Source: Azolla caroliniana (taxonomy: Eukaryota; Plantae; Polypodiophyta). Taken from it: a stretch of DNA of 9,261 nt. The translations under genes and the position numbers were made by a program. The stretch lies in assembly GCA_043228905.1 (NCBI GenBank), contig JBHGNT010001376.1:1-9261 (forward strand). Reading direction: 5' to 3'. The notes below the pieces were generated by a model that saw nothing but the letters and a program-made list of their open reading frames with translations, was not told the origin of the DNA and ran no database searches. Of the stretch, positions 1 through 8,300 are shown in pieces; the stretch's first letter is position 1, and each line of letters starts with the position of its first letter.

Positions 1-253
1 TGCGAGGATCTCCCTAGGAATGGTCTTCGTTCTCCGCTTCATCCCTTGTACTTCTACCTACTTTGTTGTCGTTGATCCCCTTTTCTACGCTTCCCCACCA
101 TCTCCTTTCTCTTTCGGTCTCACGTTGCCATGTTGGCTCGAACTGCCGAAGTCTCTGGTCAAGATGTGGGGACTGATTTCGTAACATCTTTCTTCGACAT
201 GCCCGGGCCATGAACTCTTTTAGTGGTGTTGGTGGATAACATCCGCTTTGTGA

Positions 254-1220
254 TCAACCAAGCCCCACTTGGGCTTGATTCTCCAATGTTTGGAGTTTTG
301 GGTTGACGCGCCCGAACCGCCGGTCCCAACATTCCGATTTTGTGATCGGTATCCCGGCCTTGTCCTCGGCCGCACCCTCTCTCGTGGTACCGTGGTACCG
401 GTCTTCTGCCATCTCGTGGGGCAAGTTCGTCTCCTTGGCGTCGGCTTGCGGCCTCGATCTTTCCTCTTCCTCGAGCATTGCCTCGAGAGCTGCGTACGCC
501 TCCGCAATCCTGGCCGCGAAGATGAGGCTTGCCAACTCTCTTTGGCGTTCGGCCTCTTCCCGCTGTGATGGTGCGTCGTCGCGCGCTTTCCTTCTAGCCT
601 TTTCGACGCGCTCGTCATCTAGCCTTTGGCATACTCTTCGGACCTTCGACCAATCCTCGATGAGGCCATTTGCTCCGTCCTCGTCTTCGAGCTCAATCCC
701 GATGGTCTCCTGTTCCGCTCGGTCGATCGACTTAACGAACCACAGGACTTTGTCCGCCCCCACCAAACCTTGTTCCCGCTCCCGGAGCCGACCAAGTCGT
801 TGCTCGAACTCTCGGAACGCCTTCATTGCGCCCCGGTGTGTCTTCGCCGACGTAACCCACTAGTCGAACCCGCATCGTCCCTGGCTCTTCCGCCGTCCCC
901 CATATGCCTGTAGGAGCGCCTCTTCGAAGTCCTCCCACGAACTATGAGCTTCTCGGAGCTCCTTCACTTCCGCGTGCATACGGACGACGACGACCCGACA
1001 GAAGAACTCCAGCCTCAACGCCTTGTCTACGCCTCGCTCCTCCATTTCCGCGTTGTAGGCTTCCAAGTAGTATGGAACCTTGTCCTCTGTTGAAATGGCC
1101 GACTCTTTCGACCACGCATTCGACAGCTTGCTGCACCGTCTCTCTTCTTGTTGTTGCTCGTCCAAACTCCCTCACCGCTTCGACAAAAAGTTGTGTGAAG
1201 TCGTTCTCTTCGAACTCCAT
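254..1220 (-). pseudogene. Gag-like (capsid-type) pseudogene of element C, about 320 codons
   Basis: Three ORF pieces join: 942..1220 (MEFEEND...VGHFN), one extra base near 1085-1088, 860..1165 (DKVPYYLEAYNAEMEERG...SWEDFEEALLQAY), an in-frame TAG at 860-862, then 254..826 (AFREFEQRL...KVLWFVKS...EDEDGANGLIEDWSKV). The pattern resembles the helical Gag of non-seed-plant gypsy-like elements and sits directly after the PBS. Confidence 0.65.
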
Positions 1221-1235
1221 TCTCCCTTGCCGCCC

Positions 1236-1253
1236 TTCACATCGGGTTCACCA
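1236..1253 (-). other. Primer-binding site of element C, complementary to tRNA-Trp
   Basis: Plus strand TTCACATCGGGTTCACCA matches the plant cytosolic tRNA-Trp 3' end as I recall it (TTCACGTCGGGTTCACCA) at 17/18, including CCA. It lies 4 nt inside the LTR end. Confidence 0.85.
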
Positions 1254-1257
1254 AAGA

Positions 1258-1518
1258 TGTCACGTTGTTACGCGCGTGCGTGTAGAAGGGGCGGAACCAT
1301 GGGGGTCTCGGACGAGAGAGAGACGGAGTATGGAAGGTCGAGCCTCGCTTCTTCTCGCGACCGGCCAAGGCACCAACCAGAGCGATTCCGGATACGAACA
1401 GGGAGCAACCATATGAGAGAGGGAAAAGGGTGTGCACGCAACACTTACTAGGCACACGCATCCTATGTACAGAAACTAGAAAGAAGGAACTCCAAAGACA
1501 CCGACAAAGATACCGACA
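1258..1518 (-). repeat. 5' LTR of element C (261 bp)
   Basis: Termini are TGTC...GACA (4-bp inverted repeat). It is bounded by the PBS on one side and the RT breakpoint on the other, with CT-rich tracts on the minus strand. The partner LTR is outside the window. Confidence 0.75.
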
Positions 1519-4500
1519 TATAGGAGGAGTATCATGAAGTCTCCTCCGTCAAGTTTCTTCACAAACACGCAGTGATCGGCTTGCGTCTTGTGGTACCCTT
1601 GGTCGGTCATGAAGGAGTCGAACTTCCGGTACCATTGTCGGGGAGCTTGCTTTAGTCTATATAAGCTCTTCTTCAGCCTACACACTAGGTGCTCCTTCCC
1701 TTTCTTCTCAAATCCTTCCAGTTGATGCATGTAGATCTCTTCTTCGAGGTCTCTGTGTAGCAATGCCATCTTGACATCCAGCTGCTCTACCTCGAGGTCC
1801 ATGCTTGCTGTTATGCCCAATACCGTCCTGATGGATGTCATCTTTACTACTGGGGCAAAGATCTCATCGAAGTCCACTCCTTTCTTCTGTTGGAAACCCT
1901 TCACCATGATTCGGGCCTTATAACTTGGTGGATTTCCGGCATCTCCCGGTTTCAGCTTGTACACCCACTTGTTCCGGAGTGCCCTCTTTCCTTTCGGCAA
2001 CTCCACCAATTCGTATCTGTGGTTCTCATGCAAGGAATCCATCTCGTCCTACATGTCACTCAACCACTTGCGGTTGTGGGTGTCCCCCCTTGTTTCTTCA
2101 AAGCTTTCCGGCTCCCCCTCATCGGTTAGCAACACATGCTCTGCATCCGGAAATCTTCGAGGGGTTCTTCTCTCTCGAAGAGGATATCTCCATCCTTGGT
2201 TTCTGACTGCCGGTTCCTCCGTCTGTTCCGAATCCGAATCCAATTCGGGATCTTGTCCGGTTCCAGTGTCTTCTTCTTCTTCTTCTTCGGTTGGTTCGGT
2301 TTCTTGTCTGAATCTAGCTGGTTCGTCGAGTGTCATCCGGTTACCGGTTAACATCCGGTTTTCAATTGGGTATATCCTTTTGTAATCAAGCCGGTTTTCA
2401 ATGGATGATCTGGAGTTCATTACCTTCTTCTCCGACTCCCAGTCGGAAATGGTCCTGTCTTCCATGAACACTATGTCCCGACTCCAGAACACCTTTTTGT
2501 CGACCAGATCCCACATGCGGTAACCGAACTCATCATCGTCATATCCAAGGAATATGCATGGTCGGGACTTCGGATCAAGCTTTGCTCTCTTGTCCTTCGC
2601 CACATGCACGTATGCGAGACACCCGAACACCTTCAGATACCGGTAAGACACATCCTTACCGGTCCATACTTTCTGAGGTAAGTCTCCTCCCAAGGGTACT
2701 GAGGGTGATCTGTTTATCACATAGGTCGCCGTCGTCAGCGCCTCAACCCAAAACATCTTGGGTAACTTGGCATGTGCAAGCATGCTCCAGACTCTCTCCA
2801 TTATAGTCCAGTTCATCCTTTCAGCCAGCCCATTTAGTTCTGGCGTCTTCGGCACAGTAAACTCAAGCCGGATTCCCTTCGATCGGCAGTACTCCTCGAA
2901 CTCCCCCCAATATTCTCCTATGTTGTCTGCTCGAACCGCCTTCAGCTTCCGGCCGGTTTCTCTTTCCACTCTCACGTGGAGCTCCTTGAAGATGGATAAC
3001 ACTTGGTCCTTCGTCTTGAACGGTGAGACCCACAACTTCCAGTTGTGGTCGTCTATGAATGTTACGAAGTACTGCGATCCAGCATGTGATTTTGTGTCGA
3101 CTTGACACACATCGGTATGCACCAGCTCCAGTGGTGCATTCCGTCTCATCGATAGTCTTGACCGGAAGGAGGTGCGGTTTTGCTTGCCGGCCAGGCAGTC
3201 GGTGCACTTCTCAAGTTGCACGTCCTTCACCAGAATGAGGTTGTCTTCAACAAGCCTCTTCATCCCCTTCTCACTCATGTGACACAGTCTTTTGTGCCAC
3301 AGCTCACTGGCAGTGTCGGATGTTGCATTCACTTCTTCCCGGCATATCCAGGCATTCATCAAGTACAATGTGCTGACCTTCCAGGCTCGAGCCACTATCA
3401 AGCTCCCTTTGTAGAACTTCATGACACCGTTCCGGATGCTACTTGTGTAGCCTTCATCATCTAGCCGACCGACTAATATCAGGTTCATTTGAACCTCCGG
3501 AACGTGTTGAACATCCTTCAGTAGCAACTTGCATCCGGTTGATGTCGTCATTCCCGATCCAGACATTCTGTCGTGCTCACCGGCTATGTAGGATGAGAAG
3601 CATTTCCAGTCCGGGGTAAGGTGCAACGACGCTCTGGAATCGACAACCCACGTTGTCTCGTTGACGGCAAGGTTCAACTCGCTCTCCTCAATGATGAGCA
3701 TTAGTTCTTGTTCACTTGTCACGATCACCATAGTTCCATTCCGGTCCGGGTCTCGCCGATCCGAACCGTTTTGGTCCAGTGACTTCTTCAAATCGGTACT
3801 GTTGGTTCCCTTGTCTTCTCAGAAATGCCGACAGTTCTTTTGGATGTGCCCAAGCTTGCCGCAATAGAAGCAAGTGGGCCTCCCCCTTGACTTTGACCGT
3901 GTCCCCGACTTTTCCCGATTCTGGGGACTCCAATTCCTTTGTCTTCCGCGTCCTGATTTAGTCAGGAGGGCTTTGGCGTCGTAGATCACCTCCTTGTCTT
4001 TCCGACACGCCTCCTCATCAAGCAAGCTCAACTTGACCCTTGCTAGGGATAATTGTTTTCCTTTCAGCCCAGTGTTGCCCAATGTGACAACTAACGTCTC
4101 TGAGCTATCCGGGAGGGAACCGAGCAGGACTAAAGCAAGTACCTCATCGGCAAGAGCTACTTCCAACGAGGTTTCTTGGTGTATCAGCCCCTGGAAGACA
4201 TTCATCTGCTCCGCCATACTAGAGCCGTCTTGGTACCAGAGCCTCACTAGCTTTCGAAATACCGAAACCCGATTAACGACATTCTTGTTCTGGAACATGA
4301 CGTCGATCTTCTCCCAGAGTTCATGAGCCTTGCTCTCTTCATTGAAGTTTTTGTACAAGCTCATGTCGATGAAGCACTGGATGTATGCCGTCATCTTCAT
4401 GTGCATCACCTCCCACACCGTGACATCGATCTTGTCCCCGAACTGAACTAGCAACCAAAGATCTTTAACCACCAGCATGTCTCTCATCTTCGACTTCCAC

Positions 4501-4553
4501 ACTGAGTAGTTGGAGCCGGTGAGCTTGAACATGCCGCCATAAGATTCTTCCAT
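1519..4553 (-). pseudogene. gag-pol: Gag-Pol polyprotein pseudogene of element A (one frame, two premature stops, RT truncated by insertion)
   Basis: ATG at 4553 (MEESYGGMFKLTGSNYSVWKSKM). CCHC knuckle CFYCGKLGHIQKNC at 3831-3872. Protease WVVDSRAS (DSG mutated). Integrase HHCC (WHKRLCH...CTDC), DDE (VHTDV, RADNIGE, AERMN) and SH3-like C-terminal domain. RT runs to LLY. ORFs 3819..4553, 2049..3791 and 1476..2042 share one frame, separated by TGA (3819-3821) and TAG (2049-2051). Confidence 0.93.
2271..2288. repeat. (TTC)6 microsatellite encoding poly-Glu in the INT-RT linker
   Basis: TTCTTCTTCTTCTTCTTC read directly; translates as EEEEEE in the pol frame. Confidence 0.85.
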
Positions 4554-4567
4554 TTTCTGTGTTGTTC

Positions 4568-4579
4568 GCTCTAATACCA
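4568..4579 (-). other. Primer-binding site of element A (tRNA-iMet)
   Basis: Minus strand TGGTATTAGAGC versus canonical plant TGGTATCAGAGC (11/12). It lies 3 nt (AAC) after the LTR-terminal ...CTCTACA and 14 nt before the gag ATG. Confidence 0.92.
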
Positions 4580-4591
4580 GTTTGTAGAGAA

Positions 4592-4942
4592 ATGCACAGA
4601 ATATCGCTCTGCCACAACCAAGTAGTAAATCACTTCTATAAGAATCAAACACAGAAATGGCAAGTGGAGAGCACACACTATGATCATCGTACCGTGTTTG
4701 GATGTGAAGCATATGTTCATGTTCCAAAACAGTTAAGGAAGAAACTAGATTTCAAAAGTAGAAAATGTATTTTTCTTGGCTATGGTATAGATGGTCAGTT
4801 TGGATATTACTTATGGGACCTCGAAACGCGCACTATAGTCAAAAGTAGTGATGTGGTTTTTGAAAAGAATGGCGTGCGGAAGCAATATAGGAAACCGAAC
4901 AACAGAAAACGCAGGTTTAATGGAAAGCTTAGGTTTGCATAG
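4592..4942 (+). other. Antisense ORF inside the LTR containing a copia integrase C-terminal SH3-like domain (4679-4864) and a basic tail; functional status unknown
   Basis: VFGCEAYVHVPKQLRKKLDFKSRKCIFLGY...FGYYLWD...SSDVVF is the recognisable copia integrase C-terminal motif. In-frame ATG at 4592 and stop at 4940-4942 give 116 aa. Confidence 0.8.

Positions 4943-4950
<8 letters not shown>

Positions 4951-4994
<44 letters not shown>
4951..4994. repeat. (GA)22 microsatellite, (CT)n on the element's sense strand
   Basis: Perfect dinucleotide run read directly, about 65 bp downstream of the LTR TATA box. Confidence 0.98.
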
Positions 4995-4997
<3 letters not shown>

Positions 4998-5058
4998 AAC
5001 ACAAGAACTTAATTCAAAAATAATACTCGATCTATACATCGTGTGTGTTCAATGAACA

Positions 5059-5066
5059 CTTTTATA
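5059..5066 (-). promoter_or_regulatory. Putative LTR TATA box
   Basis: TATAAAAG on the minus strand, about 230 bp into the LTR and upstream of the CT tract, as expected near a U3/R boundary. Confidence 0.6.
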
Positions 5067-5297
5067 CAAGTCCTTTTCGGACTGACAGAAGTACTGACAG
5101 TACTTCAATGCTCATTGAGGAGCGCCTACACTAACTCCCAAATATATTCCTTGCAGAATATCTTTCCGATGGCCTCCCGGTTTCCGCACCGATCTGGGCT
5201 TCCTACGCACCGGTCTGCATACCGGTTTCCAACCGATCCGGCCTAATCAATCGGTTTGCTCAGCCAATCCGGCCGATGTCGTGCTTGTCTCTCAACA

Positions 5298-5306
5298 CTC
5301 CCCCTC
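5298..5306 (-). other. Polypurine tract of element B
   Basis: Minus strand (TT)GAGGGGGAG directly abuts TGTTGA, the canonical copia PPT/LTR junction. Confidence 0.9.
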
Positions 5307-8300
5307 AAGCTCAACTTGAGGCTCTTCAGGATCTTCCGCATCACCGGTCCGGTTCCTCCTGGCTCCACGCCTTGCTCGCGCTCCTCGACCTGTTCGACTT
5401 CGCGCGCTTCGACCCTTCCGGTCGGCTTGTCTGCTCCCATGGCCCTTCACAGCTCCCTCGTTGTCGTGGTGTTGGCACTTCTCCTGTTGCCTTCTTTTCC
5501 GCTTGGCCCTCGGTTGATTCAGTGTATCCGAATCAAACATCCGAACCGACTTGGCTATCTCCGATTGGTTTTCGCTCTTGTCCGAGTTGGCTGTCTCCAA
5601 CTCGTCTTCGGTATTCTCGCCCTTGACGATGTCATCTCCCCCATGCTTGGTTGACTTCGGCTCTTCCTTTTGGCTGCTCCCCTTATGTCCGCTTCCGGAA
5701 TCTTCCGCGGGTCCGCCCTCGGCTTCTTCAGCCGATCCGAAATCCAATTCATCATCCGAGTCGGCGTCGCGGTCTTCTCTCCCCCTTACGTGGTCATTCG
5801 GGACATCTCTCCCCCTCAAGTTCAGCACATCGAGGTGACGCAACCCAAGCGCACCCGAGAATTGCCGCAACCTGTCCAGTCCAAGAGGCTTGGTGAAGAT
5901 GTCGGTGGTCTGCCGATCCGTCGGAACATACTTAAGTTCGAGTTCACTAGAGAGAACACGCTCACGGACGAAATGGTAGTGCACCTCAATGTGCTTAGTT
6001 GGGGCGTGGAAAATGGGGTTCTTGATGAGTTGGATGTTGTTGAGGTTGTCGCAGTAGATAGTCGTTGGATCGGACACCTCCACCTGCAGATCCTTAAGTA
6101 GCCGCTTCAACCATATGGCTTCGCATGTCGCGACAGCCGCTCCTCTATACTCAGCTTCGGTGCTCGACAGTGCAACTGTCGGCTGCTTCTTACTGCTCCA
6201 TGCTATCACAACACTCCCAAGAGAGAATGTGTATCCGGACGTGGATCGGAGATCAACAGCGTTGCCAACCCAATCAACATCGGTGTAGCCAACCAACTGC
6301 GAGGTTATACTGGTTCGATATAGCAGTCCCCAGTCCTTAGTGCCGCTTACGTACCACAGTATGCGTTGCGCACACTGAAGGTGCTCCTCGGTAGGTTGCG
6401 CCATGAAATGACTGATCACCCCGACCGGATAACTGAGATCGGGTCGGGTGATTGTCAAGTAGATAAGGCTTCCGACAATTTGTCAGAACCTCGTCGGGTC
6501 GCATACCTTTCCGGAATTGGGGCGAAGTTTGACGGTTCTATCCAGAGGAGTCGAGATGGACTTGCAGTCTGCCATCCCGAATTTGAAGAGCATATTCAAC
6601 GCGTAATGACGTTGGCTGATCAGTATGCCTTCGGGGGTGTGGATCACTTCGATCCCGAGGAAGTAATGAAGGTCCCCCAGATCCTTCATGCCGAATAATG
6701 CCGCAAGCTGGAGCTTCATGTGGTCGATTTCACCTATGTCGGTGCCGGTGAAGACCAAGTCATCAACATATAGTAAAATGCTAACCGGTCCGATTCGACC
6801 TTTCCAGATGAACAAGGAAGAGTCTGATTTTGACGTTGCAAAGCCCATCCGACGCAGTTGCTGCGTGATCTTCGCGTTCCAGGCACGTGGGGCTTACTTC
6901 AGTCCGTAAAGGGACTTCTTCAATCGGGACACTACCGACGTGTTCATTCCGGAGTGAAATCCATCTAATGTAAGTGCCACCCCTTTGCCGTAGCTACCGT
7001 GGGCAAAACATGGACAATCGTCATCTTCGCGACAGGCGCAAACGTCTCATCGTAGTCGATGCCGTGTTTCTGTGCGTAGCCTTTTGCCACCAACCGGGCC
7101 TTGTATCGGTTGACCGAGCCGTCAGTGTTGTACTTGACCTTGTACACCCACCTACATTTGACCCACTTCACACCCTTTGGTGTGTCAACCAGCTCCCAGA
7201 TCTCGTTTTCCGCCAATGTGTGCATCTCTTCCTCCATCGTGGCGCGCCAATTCACGTCCTTAGCTGCTTTTGCGTAGCTCTCCGGCTCACGCACTTCCGC
7301 TACACGGGTCATGTACGCATAATGATGCGCCATATACTCATTGTATCCGAACCGCACAACTAGGTTCTTCTGGTGGGCAGATCAGCGTAATTGCTCATTA
7401 GCGAATGTCGAGGTCTTCTCGGCCGACGTGGACTTCGCTCTTAAAGACCCATCACCGCTGCCCTTGGAGTCGGACTTGTTCCTATCCATGCCGTAATCCG
7501 ACAACTTCTTCTTCCCATTTTCTTTGTGCGTAAGCCATCTCCTCGGCATCCTGCGCGGGGAATGCATGGCCAAGTCTCCACTACTCGCCGGCTCTTCATC
7601 GGACTGGTCGAACTGACTCAGTCGTCCATTCGGTCCACTTAACTGAAACGAAATCGGACTCTCTTCGTGGGTCCCGATTTCAGGCTCATCCGGAGGCATC
7701 TCGGCCTCGTTGACCTCATCATCAGAACTCGGATTGGAGGTGAGGTCCGGAGTCGGAGGCAAGTACTAGGACGCGGACTCGTCAAACACAATGTCGCGGC
7801 TCACGCGTGCTTGTTTGGTGCGCGGGTGATAACACTTATAACCCTTCTGCTCGTCCGAGTAACTGACCAAGATATATTTCTTGGCCTTTGCCTCCAGCTT
7901 CCTCCATTTCTCCTTCCGCACATGCACATACGCAATGCTATCGAAAACTCGTAAGTGTCGCAAGTTCGGCTTCATTCCGAAATATAGCTCATGCGCCAAA
8001 CTTTGTCTCCGATCCGGTTCTAGATGTATACCGGGGTTCGTATCGCCTCGGCCCAATAGAACTTGGGCAAGCTCTTTTCTTCCAGCATTGCCCACGCCGC
8101 TTCCATAACCGACCGATTTTTCCTCTCAACCACGCCGTTTTGCTCCGGCGTGTATCTATAACTGAATTCGCGTTGAATTCCCATTAGTTGTAGATAACCG
8201 TTGAGTTGACCGGAAAAGTATTCTTTTCCGCCATCCGACCGCAGGCACTTGATCTTCCTTCCTGTTTCCATTTCCACGAACCCTTTGAGGTTTCGGAAAC

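Larger units (their letters stand above)
1..1518 (-). mobile_element. Element C: 5' part of an LTR retrotransposon (probably Ty3/gypsy, tRNA-Trp primed), inserted into element A and continuing past the left edge
   Basis: On the minus strand the order is LTR (TGTC...GACA), TCTT, PBS complementary to tRNA-Trp, then an ATG-initiated gag-like frame 15 nt later. Element A's RT homology stops exactly at this LTR end. No pol is in the window, so the superfamily is inferred from Gag style and PBS. Confidence 0.8.
1519..4582 (-). mobile_element. Element A internal region: Ty1/copia, Tnt1/Tork-like, interrupted in RT
   Basis: PBS-Met followed by the copia domain order GAG-PR-INT-RT. The RT segment KGFQQKKGVDFDEIFAPVVKMTSIR...ASMDLEVEQLDVK...EEEIYM...LKQAPRQWYRKFDSFM is close to tobacco Tnt1 Pol. 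Confidence 0.93.
4583..5297 (-). repeat. LTR (715 bp) acting as 3' LTR of element B and 5' LTR of element A
   Basis: On the minus strand it starts TGTTGAGA immediately after the PPT and ends TCTCTACA 3 nt before the PBS (terminal inverted repeat 7/8). Internal order is GC-rich U3, TATAAAAG, (CT)n, U5. Confidence 0.8.

Noticed and set aside
1236-1253. Possible tRNA-Trp gene
   Set aside because: Only the 3' 18 nt including CCA match, there is no cloverleaf upstream, and the position next to an LTR end identifies it as a PBS.
269-1451. Plus-strand ORFs opposite element C (303..863, 904..1416 and others)
   Set aside because: These are Ser/Arg/Pro-rich antisense shadows of GC-rich gag sequence with no recognisable domain. 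The same applies to plus-strand ORFs over elements A and B, except 4592-4942.
1476-1518. Hydrophobic RT C-terminus VGIFVGVFGVPSF
   Set aside because: This is read-through into LTR C and not a real RT variant.
3819-3821. Programmed gag/pol readthrough stop after the zinc knuckle (also 9180-9182 in element B)
   Set aside because: Copia gag-pol is normally one ORF, no CARYYA readthrough context is present, and both stops fit single transitions like the other lesions.
4637-4642. Plus-strand TATAAG as promoter for the antisense ORF
   Set aside because: It lies downstream of ATG 4592 and too close to ATG 4657, and it is easily explained by AT-rich background.
4554-4727. 58-aa N-terminal extension of Gag in the ORF track
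   Set aside because: It runs through the LTR and PBS. Gag similarity begins at the ATG at 4553.
4807-5004. ORFs with SLSLSL runs
   Set aside because: These are translations of the (CT)n microsatellite.
5310-5805. env-like gene after RNase H
   Set aside because: There is no signal peptide or transmembrane segment, and it is fused in frame to pol rather than being a separate ORF.
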